This document shows positions 55,415 to 63,971 of a DNA stretch of 64,000 bases, in pieces. This DNA is from a virus. Its lineage: Duplodnaviria > Caudoviricetes. The DNA is taken from positions 16,373-80,372 of the IMG/VR virus record IMGVR_UViG_3300028887_000103; one strand, given 5' to 3'. Numbering within the stretch: the first letter of the stretch is position 1; each line of letters begins with the position of its first letter. The notes under the pieces were generated by a model. It was not told the DNA's origin. It saw only the letters and a program-made list of their open reading frames with translations, and did not search any database. The position numbers were made by a program, and so were the translations under genes.

Positions 55415-55708
55415 ATGATAATATTTTACTCAAAGAGTTGTGAAAGTTGTGCAGGAAACCACGCTTTGGCGAAGATGAAAAACCACTGTAAACGACAGGG
55501 GGTAAAGTTTGAAGAGCATAGGACTGTGCTTTGGGTAAGATATGAAGATGAAGCCAAACAGATAATGGAGTTGAATGAAGGGCTTAAATTGCCCTTCTTC
55601 TATTCCACTAATTCCGGGGAAGTTTTGTCGGGGTATAGTTTGACACCCCTAGAAACCTTACAAAAATTGATTGAAATTGACAAATCTAGTGAAAAACTAG
55701 GCTCGTAA
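55415..55708 (+). CDS. Thioredoxin/glutaredoxin-like small redoxin
   Basis: N-terminal IFYSKSCESC (CxxC) and cis-Pro 'LPFF' segment. Confidence 0.6.
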   Translation: MIIFYSKSCESCAGNHALAKMKNHCKRQGVKFEEHRTVLWVRYEDEAKQIMELNEGLKLPFFYSTNSGEVLSGYSLTPLETLQKLIEIDKSSEKLGS

Positions 55709-55738
55709 ACGAGTTCTAAAGCGTCTCTCGGCTGAAAG

Positions 55739-55754
55739 TAGTATAAAATATCGT
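55739..55754. repeat. Intergenic motif TAGTAT-N4-TATCGT, copy 3 of 3
   Basis: TAGTAT-AAAA-TATCGT. Confidence 0.6.
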
Positions 55755-55791
55755 GGGTGAAATAAGCGAAAAAATCAGATAAAAATCTTTG

Positions 55792-55829
55792 AAAAAAGTA
55801 TTGATTTTTCGCTATTTTTTTGTTATAAT
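55792..55829 (+). promoter_or_regulatory. Repeated 38-bp promoter cassette, copy 3 of 3
   Basis: Differs from the other two copies at one base. Confidence 0.85.
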
Positions 55830-55940
55830 AGGGTTATAGAAATGGAAGTTTCTATCTAGGGGCTTGGTTGACTTCCTCCTAGTAAAACAAGGAACAGAAG
55901 CAAAAAAGGGTGGGCAACCATTAAAAGAAAGGAAAAAAGT

Positions 55941-56186
55941 ATGTTCGGAAAAGAAATGAAATGGACAAATTGGAGTCAGATTAAGAAGTGGGCGAAATCG
56001 AAAGGTTTTGACAATCTGGTTGCCAGAATGGAATTAAATGACCGTGCTTGGATGTCAAGTGGCGAGTTTGGTAGAAGCCAAGCACAAATCTGCGACAGTT
56101 TAAGGTTTGCAGAAAATGAAGAAGAAGCAATGCAAATTGCTGAAGAATATAATAAGGCTTTTGCCAGCAACTACGGATTGTATTGA
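55941..56186 (+). CDS. Hypothetical protein
   Basis: SD AAGAAAGGA. Confidence 0.7.
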   Translation: MFGKEMKWTNWSQIKKWAKSKGFDNLVARMELNDRAWMSSGEFGRSQAQICDSLRFAENEEEAMQIAEEYNKAFASNYGLY

Positions 56187-56196
56187 AAGGAGGAAT

Positions 56197-56763
56197 ATGT
56201 CAACAAGAAGTAGAATTGGAATGGTAATGCCAGATGGCAAGATAAAGAGTATCTACTGCCACTGGGACGGCTATCCAGAAGGAGTGGGTGTAAAACTGGA
56301 GAAGTATTACAAAAACCCAAAGCAAATCGAGGAATTGATGGAATTGGGTGACATTTCAAGTCTAGGTGACCACTATGACAAAGAAGCATCAGGCTTGGAT
56401 TGGAAAATGTTTGAAATAGCAAACAAGGACAAGAAGAAACTGGAGGAAATTCAGAAAAAGACGGCAAATTGCACAGTCGCTTACAAGGACAGAGGCGAGA
56501 ATAGTCCTGCCAGAATTGATGCCGATGAAGATGAGTTCTTGGCAAGTCTAGGTAGGAACTGGGAAGAATACACTTACCTCTACAAAGAAGATTATGATGG
56601 TGTCTATAAGTGGCACCTCGTGGAAACACCGTTCTTTCATCCATTACACGAGGAATTGAAAAAGCGTGGGGTGAAAGATTTGGATAGTGACGAGAGGCAG
56701 ATGGGTATTGATGTCATTAAGAAACTTGACTTAGAAGACGGGATGAAAGTGGAGTTTAACTAA
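56197..56763 (+). CDS. Hypothetical phage protein (MSTRSRIG...YCHWDGYP motif; start re-called)
   Basis: SD AAAGGAGG before ATG 56197. Confidence 0.75.
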   Translation: MSTRSRIGMVMPDGKIKSIYCHWDGYPEGVGVKLEKYYKNPKQIEELMELGDISSLGDHYDKEASGLDWKMFEIANKDKKKLEEIQKKTANCTVAYKDRGENSPARIDADEDEFLASLGRNWEEYTYLYKEDYDGVYKWHLVETPFFHPLHEELKKRGVKDLDSDERQMGIDVIKKLDLEDGMKVEFN

Positions 56764-56906
56764 TGAGTGACCTGACTGCTGAGATGTTTGAAAAAGTCAA
56801 GGAAATGGGGTATAACAGTTTTGAGGAACTGCATAAAGCAGGATATGTAGTAGTTCTAGAGGGGAATGAATGGAAAATAATGAAACGGGAGGAAGCATAT
56901 GGCTAG
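56763..56906 (+). CDS. 47-aa hypothetical protein (not in ORF track)
   Basis: TAATG-coupled; overlaps the next start. Confidence 0.5.
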   Translation: MSDLTAEMFEKVKEMGYNSFEELHKAGYVVVLEGNEWKIMKREEAYG

Positions 56907-57180
56907 AAAGCGATTGAATATGACTGCGGAAGAACGCAGGAAATATAACAATGAGATGCATCGGAAACAGACTAAGGTGCGTAGAGAAAGGGCTGAGCGA
57001 GAGGCTTACAAGGAAATTGTAAAGACTGTTGCTGATACCTTTGAAAAACTTGGTTGGAATGAAGTTGACTTACTAGTTGGTGCAGATAATGAGATGATAG
57101 ATAAGGCTGTGGAAGAATTGATAAAAGCAGACAAGTTCAAAATCGTGCTAGGGTCGAAAATCGGTGTTAAAATTAAATAG
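56899..57180 (+). CDS. Hypothetical protein
   Basis: SD GGAGG. Confidence 0.65.
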   Translation: MARKRLNMTAEERRKYNNEMHRKQTKVRRERAEREAYKEIVKTVADTFEKLGWNEVDLLVGADNEMIDKAVEELIKADKFKIVLGSKIGVKIK

Positions 57181-57192
57181 AAAGGAGATAAG

Positions 57193-57537
57193 ATGCCGAA
57201 ACAACAAGAAATAATAGATGCAGATAATTGGCTAGAGCATCTTCAAAATGAAAAAGCCTCTATTGCCAGAAGGGGAAGGAAAATACGGAGGGCTGAAAAG
57301 GTATTTACTATTCTGTGGGTAGTATCTTTAACGGTTGGAATGGTAATGACATTCTTTATGCCGGGTCTTGCGTCTTATCTAGTGTTCGTGAGTGTCATAT
57401 TCGCAGGGCTAGGTATGGATTGTTCTGGGTATCTATGGGGAGTTGCAGAAGGAAGGTTGGAGCACAATCTTGACGACCTCATAGAATACGAAAAAGAAAG
57501 GAGAAAAAATGCAGAACATTTCGAAAGCGGGAAGTAA
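57193..57537 (+). CDS. Membrane protein (two TM)
   Basis: Hydrophobic central segments; SD AAAGGAG. Confidence 0.7.
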   Translation: MPKQQEIIDADNWLEHLQNEKASIARRGRKIRRAEKVFTILWVVSLTVGMVMTFFMPGLASYLVFVSVIFAGLGMDCSGYLWGVAEGRLEHNLDDLIEYEKERRKNAEHFESGK

Positions 57538-57724
57538 AGTAGAAGAAGCCCGTCAACTAATTAACAAATTATCTAGGGAAGAACTAGAAAAATATGGAAA
57601 GCCTGCATTGGAGTATATTGGAGATTATCCTCTATATGGCTCGATGTCTAATATCGGCTATGATGAGGCTATTCTATTAACAATAGCGTTAGAGGGGAAA
57701 GAGTTTTTCGAAGGAGTAAAATGA
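57509..57724 (+). CDS. Hypothetical protein
   Basis: SD AAAGGAG. Confidence 0.6.
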   Translation: MQNISKAGSKVEEARQLINKLSREELEKYGKPALEYIGDYPLYGSMSNIGYDEAILLTIALEGKEFFEGVK

Positions 57725-58146
57725 AAAAGTTGCTAGTGACCGACCCGTGCTATCTTATTAACGAAACCGACTGGGCAGGTATGTGTGATGCCTGTTTTGG
57801 AAAAGTTGAAGGTGATGAAGGGTTTAAGAAGTTCAAAAACCAAGTTCAGGAATTGCTACGAGCAATATCTGGAGATATTAAGGCAGTAGCAGATGAAACT
57901 GGAATCGGAGATTGGACAAATAGCATTGACAATCAGATGTTTTATGCAGATTCAGGTATGGTATGCGTGGTGGAAGATACGAAGAAGTTGCGAGAGTATC
58001 TAGACAAATACAAAATAATTCTACCTATCGGGGTGGCAAGGGTTGAAGTAGAAGATGATGCTATGTATAAGATTGATACCCACAACCCGAATTGGAGTGT
58101 GGTGGAGATTTTAGATTCTAAAAAATTACTGAGGTCAGACGAATAA
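57721..58146 (+). CDS. Hypothetical protein
   Basis: ATGA-coupled; VTDPCY and FYADSGMVCV motifs. Confidence 0.7.
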   Translation: MKKLLVTDPCYLINETDWAGMCDACFGKVEGDEGFKKFKNQVQELLRAISGDIKAVADETGIGDWTNSIDNQMFYADSGMVCVVEDTKKLREYLDKYKIILPIGVARVEVEDDAMYKIDTHNPNWSVVEILDSKKLLRSDE

Positions 58147-58201
58147 TTACTATTCAACTTTGCTTGTGTTATAATGGGGTTATAGTAAATTAACAAAGCA
58201 C

Positions 58202-58231
58202 AAAAAGGAGGGTCTTTAACAACCCTCCCTT
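58202..58231. terminator. Terminator hairpin usable from the minus strand (possibly both)
   Basis: AAAAAGGAGGGT-CTTTAACA-ACCCTCCCTT. Confidence 0.6.
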
Positions 58232-58582
58232 GTAGGTATCCAGATAAGACAACCTACCTACATAAATCTATTATAGCACACGTTAGACTAAAAATCTAGT
58301 GCTAAAAATGTTACCGTTCCGAGCGGGATACAAAATCGGCACCTCTGTAAATTGGGCCACCGTCTAGGGTTGACGAGTCCGACCTAGAAACAGATTCCTA
58401 CAGCCTCGAGGGTTAAAAAGTAGAGGCAGGAGAGGTGAAAATAATGTCGCTAGAAAGAAAACTGGACTGGAATTTAGGTTTTCACTAGAACAGCTTTGTT
58501 AAATCGTCTTATATCTCTATCACCTATTTCTAGGGGGTAAAACCTTATTGAGTGAAAATAAAAACTGTGCTAAAATTAAACT

Positions 58583-59146
58583 ATGAAACAACCCACTTGC
58601 AAAATCTGTGGCTCTCATTCGCACTATACTTATATGTGCTTCCAGAACCCTAAAAGAAAAGCGGCTCTAAAACGCAAATATAGCGAGTTTAAGGCAGGGA
58701 AAGTTCCGAAGAGGGATAAGTTATTAAGCAATGAAAAAAGTCTTGACAGAAAGCGTTTGATACTTGAATTGGATAAGTATTGCTCGTTATATGTGAGGCT
58801 TAAGGCAAGCAATAAATATGGGGTATTGAGTTGCTACACTTGTGGAAAAAGAATACCGTGGAAGACAGCCCATTGCTGTCATTTTATTTCTCGAAGATTT
58901 GGTGGCACTAGATTTGATTTTGACAATCTTCGTGCTGGCTGTGAAAACTGCAATGTCGCTTTACACGGGAACTTGGAAGTGTATAGAAAAAACTTGGTGA
59001 GAGAGATAGGTGAGAAGGCAGTTGATAATCTTGAGCAGAGGAAAAATCAGAAGATATCAACACCTGATTTAGAAACTCTTTTGGAAGAGACTAAACAAAA
59101 ATACAAAAATCTAATAGCAGAGAAAAAGGCAGAACAGATAAAATAG
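58583..59146 (+). CDS. ninG: NinG/Rap-like recombination endonuclease
   Basis: CYTCG, HCCHFISRR..GTRFDFDN...GCENCN motifs. Confidence 0.8.
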   Translation: MKQPTCKICGSHSHYTYMCFQNPKRKAALKRKYSEFKAGKVPKRDKLLSNEKSLDRKRLILELDKYCSLYVRLKASNKYGVLSCYTCGKRIPWKTAHCCHFISRRFGGTRFDFDNLRAGCENCNVALHGNLEVYRKNLVREIGEKAVDNLEQRKNQKISTPDLETLLEETKQKYKNLIAEKKAEQIK

Positions 59147-59207
59147 TTTTTTGCTATAATAGAAGTAACGATTAAAAAATTAACTTGAAAATATAGGTAA
59201 ATTAACA

Positions 59208-62200
59208 ATGGCACTCAGAGATACGTTCTTGAATATGCTTGGCGTAGAGACTCAAGAAGTTCAAAAAACAAGCAATGGAGCAATAAGGTCCGCTAGAGAC
59301 TTTCTCAGAAATGGAAACCGTGAAAGATTATATCCTACTTGGTCAGATATTAAGATGTCTGATTCGGATATGTATCGTGGTTACTCCTACGCTGTGATAC
59401 AAAAACGAGGAAATAAGGTTGCCTCACTTGCGAAAAATAACCTTAAAACTTGGGCAAATCAAGAGGTCGTTGACGAGTTTCAAAAGAAAAATGAAACTGT
59501 GATGCACCCCTATCTAAAACTAATTGAAGATTCTACCAAGTTCACAGAAAAACAATTTTGGAAAAACATTTCTATCTATCTAGATTTGGCAGGTAGGTAT
59601 TACTTGGGAGTGGTTCGTAACACCGTCAAACCGTTCAATCCAAAACTTCCAGTTATTACAACCGACCCAACCGAGTTCGTGATGCTTAACCCTTACGAAA
59701 TTCGTAGAGTGGTTGACAAAAACGGGTTGGTGGCAGGTTATATTGAAAGGAAGAAAGATGGCAGATATAGGGAATGGCCGGTTCATCAGATTATTGAATT
59801 GCGTGAATTAAACCCATTCGACCCAGAGAATAGCCAATGGGCTATGACTGACGCTGCTAAAAATGCTGTCTATACAATCAACCAGAGTGGCGATTATACA
59901 AGGCAGTCTCTCAATGGCAATATAGACGCACCTGGAATTATTACGACTGATGTCCTATTAAATGATGAAGACTTTGCTAACTTCAAATCGAGAGTCACTC
60001 AACATACGAAGGGTGAACCCCTGTTTGGTAATGGCACAGGTGCTATCAAATGGGATTCAATGCAGATTGATTTAGACAAGGCCGCTCTACTAGATATTAA
60101 CGAAATTAACAGAACTGAATTGTTCGCTGTATCTGGGACAAGTAAAACTTCTCTAGGTATTGAGCAATCAGGGACGACAAGGGAAACAGCGAGAGTTCAG
60201 AGTGAGCAGTTTATTTCTGATACTGCCCAACCACGGCTAGAAGACATCGTGGATTTCTTGAACTTGGACTATAAAAAGTATTACAACCGTGAGTATAAAA
60301 AGACTGGCTACAGCATTGAGGTGGAAAGTGCTGTGGGTAAAGATTATGATACAGAACAAAAAGCAACAGCGTTAAAACAAAGTCAATTCCAATTGGCAAT
60401 GCAACTTATTCAGGCAGGCTATACTACTCAAAGTGCTTATCAGTTTGCTGAAGGTGAGATTGATTTTGCTGACTTGGAACTAGAAAAGGGCATTGATAAA
60501 CCGAAGAATCCAGACCAACCAGAAGAGCCCGACGAGAGTGCCTCTAATCCGCAAAATATACCACCTGACAGCGGTTCTGGTGGTGGGAATGATAAAAGTA
60601 TCGTGTCGGAAGAAGAAAGTGGTTCAAACGAGAATCTGGAGGACCTGAATGGACTTGAACCACACAATGATTTAGTAGAAAATGGTGGCAAGGGAAGTGG
60701 TAACTTTGGACACGAAGGACGGCCGGGGCTAGTAGGGGGAAGCGGAGATGGTGGCTTAACCTCTTTTGAAGAAGAAATCTCTGCTATTGATAATCCAGAT
60801 ATTCTTTACAAAAAACAAGAAAGTCTAGTGACTACTGAAGTTGTTAGCTGTTTGGAGAAAGATAGCGATTCTCTTACGGGAGAGGAAAAAGACGTTTTGA
60901 AAGAGTTTTATGACAAAACTAATCTTTTGAGAAAAAAGTTGTTTAAGTTGGAGTGGTCAGATATAGAAAAGGCAGATAAAAAAATCTCCGAGTGGATATC
61001 TGGGGCCCTAGACTGGGAATTTAGGGATATTGATTTTGACCCAGTAGATATTAGACTGTCTAAATCCACGGTTCAAGGGATGTTAGATAAAGAATCTGAG
61101 TTAATTGCTTATCGTATTCAAGCCACGGATAGGATGGAGAAAAGCAAAGGCTCCTCGTTCAGTCTATCAGAAACTTTTTCCGAATCTTCTCCAGATTCAG
61201 AGACCCCTTATGTTTTTGCTCAGAAAGTAACTAAAGAAAATACTATTTTAACCCCGAACATAGTTCAAGCCGGCTACGGTTATGAGCTTGGCCCCAATTG
61301 GCAACACGAGATTGTGCTTTCGAATGATAAAGAGTTAATGCCGATAAATAACTCTGTGGAGGGTGAGAAGTGCGACCCTTTAACACGGAATGGAGGGAAA
61401 GGCTCAGGAAACTTTGGGCATAGTGGAAGACCTGGAGAAGTCGGAGGAAGTGGTAATGGTTCTGCCACAGATTTTCAGAATGAACTTGATAATATAGAGT
61501 CTTACCATATTCCAGAAGCAACTAAAGCAAAACTAAGCGATTTACAAAAAATCAATACTTACAATAAGATAGAAGAATATCTTGCTAGCAAAGGTATTGA
61601 GGTTGATACTGATGCCGAATCTTTAAAAGGTGAAAGAAAAGATGAAGTCATTTCCTCTCCTGCCGATACTTTTGTTAGGTTAGCAATCGGAATAGAGGCT
61701 TATCAGGATACTTTTGGTTCAGATGCTTTAAGTTCTTTGAAGAAGGTCAAGTTTTATGACAATGATGAAGATTCTCAAGCCGCTTACTATTATTCTGAAA
61801 TAGGAGAAAAAGAGCCAAAAGAAGGGCAAATAAGTTTTCGTCAATGGGGTAATACAGGCAAAACTATATTTCACGAGTTAGCTCACGCCTTTCAAGATTC
61901 ACATAAAAAATCTGGAGAAGATGCTGTAACCTACTCCGATAGGATGGTGAAAGAGGCAGGTTTGAGTGAAAAATCTGGGTCTTATATGGGAGCGAGTCAG
62001 AGTGGAAATGGAAAAGGGTTACAAGCAGAAAGGTTTGCTGATGCTTTCGCTAAGGGTTTCGCTAGTGGAAATAAGGAAGGACTTGACTTCATAGAAAGAG
62101 TAGCTCAGATTGAGAAAAAGAAAAATCACTGCACCTGTGAACACGACCATAAGGTTGAAACTTTTATTAACGAGGTGGCACAGGATGACGGCAAGGTAGT

Positions 62201-63971
62201 AGATAAGGCTTACAAGGAGTTTCTACAAGAAGTCCGAGATATTGAAAAAGAAACGATTGATGCTTCTGTCAGAAAAGTGGAGGTTAACGCTTTTGAAATC
62301 TCTGATATTATCGGGCCGAAGAAGCGTAAAACTCTTACCGAGAAATTGAAAAACGCATTACATAAATACTGGTGGCTAATCTTCCCACTATTTGCTAATA
62401 ATTCAATGTCTAAGCGTAATGAGGAGTTCGGTAAGGATATTGGGTTCGTGTTTAGCAACGAACTACAAGCAGGAGTGGATGACAATGCTCTAAGGGTTGC
62501 TGAAGGGCATATGGAAACTATCTTAAATGATATTCTAGGTGCGAGCAATCGGGCTTACACTAATATCTTAGAGGAGGCTGCTGCTGAAATCATAATAAAT
62601 GTCTATGATGATTCCCCGACGAAATGGGAAAAATACTTTGAGCATAAACCAACAATGGCTGAAGCCCTATCAAGTATCAGGAAGACAGATATTCTAGAGG
62701 AAAATCGTAAAATCTATGAAAAAGCGAATAAGATGGCTTTTGAAGGCTATAACCGACGGGATATAATCAAGGCAATCCGAGAGGAATATAATTATATCAG
62801 CGAAACAAGGGCTACCCTGATTGCTAGAAATGAAACCTCTAGGGCGTTTACTAGAAGTCAGTTTGAAGCAGATAAGCAATTCTTAAACAGCATTGGTAAA
62901 CTTGGTCAGGCTTACAAGGTTTGGTATTCAAGACGACCTGCTAACGAGCAAGATAAGATTTGCGACTTCTGCAATGAGATGATTCGTTCCTCCGAGGAAA
63001 ATCCAGTTCCTTTTGAAGAACCGTTCATCAAATATGGGGATTCAATGGAAGTAGTTGGTAATGATGGAAAATTAAAGATATTTACGGCTAACTACGAGGA
63101 TATAGAGGGAGGTTGTCTGCACCCGAATTGTATGTGTGGCTATCATTTAGTTTTCAAGAACGCATCGGGAGAGTTTATCAAGACTTTGAATGGTGGTTCT
63201 GGGTCAGGGAACTTTGGTCATAGCGGAAGACCCGGCGAGGTCGGTGGCAGTGGTAAAGGTGATATTACCACAGGGAAAGATTTGTTCAACGCTAAGATGA
63301 GTGATAAATTGGAAGCGTTTAGAAACTTAACTCCAGAAGAGCAGGCAGTATTTTGTGAAAAAGCGATGGAAATGGACTACTCGGATATGCCTCAAGATTT
63401 AGCCGATACCGACTTTCAAAGAATATCTTACGCTTTAGGAATCAAAGATAAACCAAAAACGGTTAGTGATGAAGAATTCAAAGAGTTAGTAGAGAGTGGA
63501 GAGATGGAATACTTCAGATGTGTCAAAGATTACTATAAATTGAGTTCTAAAGAGATTGCAGAGAGGCTCTCAACGGGTGAATATACTTATCAAGGTAACG
63601 GCGATTATTGTGATGGAACTTATTTTACACCAGATTGGGGAGCTATGACTGCATATTCTAATTCGGACAGTGACTCGGTTATTCGTAGCATAGTGGATAT
63701 AGATGCAAATATCTACTATACTGATGCTCGTGAGCCATTTGACGCTAAAATGCTTCATACAATGAGAATACTTGAGGAAAAGACTGGAATGAAGCAAAAT
63801 ACCTCTAGAGCCGTTGCTTTATTGGGCGCTGGATATGATGGGTGGAATTTCATAAGTGGGGGTGTTAACAAAGAATATCTCTGTATGTTGAATAGAAAAT
63901 ATCTAACTGTCAATAAAGACAATTACAGTCTTCAAAAATCGGATTATGAAAGGAGTGATGATGTGGAATAA
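59208..63971 (+). CDS. Portal protein fused to tag-delimited cargo domains and a MuF (phage head morphogenesis) domain
   Basis: N-terminal ~430 aa portal-like; three tags (60681, 61389, 63189); R-S-QxE ART-like domain; HELAH zincin; MuF motifs (RATLIARNET, CDFC, LHPNCMC); C-terminal ART-like domain. Confidence 0.8.
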   Translation: MALRDTFLNMLGVETQEVQKTSNGAIRSARDFLRNGNRERLYPTWSDIKMSDSDMYRGYSYAVIQKRGNKVASLAKNNLKTWANQEVVDEFQKKNETVMHPYLKLIEDSTKFTEKQFWKNISIYLDLAGRYYLGVVRNTVKPFNPKLPVITTDPTEFVMLNPYEIRRVVDKNGLVAGYIERKKDGRYREWPVHQIIELRELNPFDPENSQWAMTDAAKNAVYTINQSGDYTRQSLNGNIDAPGIITTDVLLNDEDFANFKSRVTQHTKGEPLFGNGTGAIKWDSMQIDLDKAALLDINEINRTELFAVSGTSKTSLGIEQSGTTRETARVQSEQFISDTAQPRLEDIVDFLNLDYKKYYNREYKKTGYSIEVESAVGKDYDTEQKATALKQSQFQLAMQLIQAGYTTQSAYQFAEGEIDFADLELEKGIDKPKNPDQPEEPDESASNPQNIPPDSGSGGGNDKSIVSEEESGSNENLEDLNGLEPHNDLVENGGKGSGNFGHEGRPGLVGGSGDGGLTSFEEEISAIDNPDILYKKQESLVTTEVVSCLEKDSDSLTGEEKDVLKEFYDKTNLLRKKLFKLEWSDIEKADKKISEWISGALDWEFRDIDFDPVDIRLSKSTVQGMLDKESELIAYRIQATDRMEKSKGSSFSLSETFSESSPDSETPYVFAQKVTKENTILTPNIVQAGYGYELGPNWQHEIVLSNDKELMPINNSVEGEKCDPLTRNGGKGSGNFGHSGRPGEVGGSGNGSATDFQNELDNIESYHIPEATKAKLSDLQKINTYNKIEEYLASKGIEVDTDAESLKGERKDEVISSPADTFVRLAIGIEAYQDTFGSDALSSLKKVKFYDNDEDSQAAYYYSEIGEKEPKEGQISFRQWGNTGKTIFHELAHAFQDSHKKSGEDAVTYSDRMVKEAGLSEKSGSYMGASQSGNGKGLQAERFADAFAKGFASGNKEGLDFIERVAQIEKKKNHCTCEHDHKVETFINEVAQDDGKVVDKAYKEFLQEVRDIEKETIDASVRKVEVNAFEISDIIGPKKRKTLTEKLKNALHKYWWLIFPLFANNSMSKRNEEFGKDIGFVFSNELQAGVDDNALRVAEGHMETILNDILGASNRAYTNILEEAAAEIIINVYDDSPTKWEKYFEHKPTMAEALSSIRKTDILEENRKIYEKANKMAFEGYNRRDIIKAIREEYNYISETRATLIARNETSRAFTRSQFEADKQFLNSIGKLGQAYKVWYSRRPANEQDKICDFCNEMIRSSEENPVPFEEPFIKYGDSMEVVGNDGKLKIFTANYEDIEGGCLHPNCMCGYHLVFKNASGEFIKTLNGGSGSGNFGHSGRPGEVGGSGKGDITTGKDLFNAKMSDKLEAFRNLTPEEQAVFCEKAMEMDYSDMPQDLADTDFQRISYALGIKDKPKTVSDEEFKELVESGEMEYFRCVKDYYKLSSKEIAERLSTGEYTYQGNGDYCDGTYFTPDWGAMTAYSNSDSDSVIRSIVDIDANIYYTDAREPFDAKMLHTMRILEEKTGMKQNTSRAVALLGAGYDGWNFISGGVNKEYLCMLNRKYLTVNKDNYSLQKSDYERSDDVE

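Noticed and set aside
8585-55417. In-frame TAG-ATG junctions (8587/8588, 37319/37320, 55414/55415) suggesting amber readthrough or a recoded genetic code
   Set aside because: Long genes are intact under the standard code, many TAG stops are followed by out-of-frame genes, a TAA-ATG junction also occurs (33444/33445), and no suppressor tRNA is seen. Translational coupling explains it.
262-63797. The many short opposite-strand or alternative-frame ORFs in the track
   Set aside because: They lie within longer motif-bearing genes, lack SD or promoter support and have no recognisable motifs; treated as shadow ORFs.
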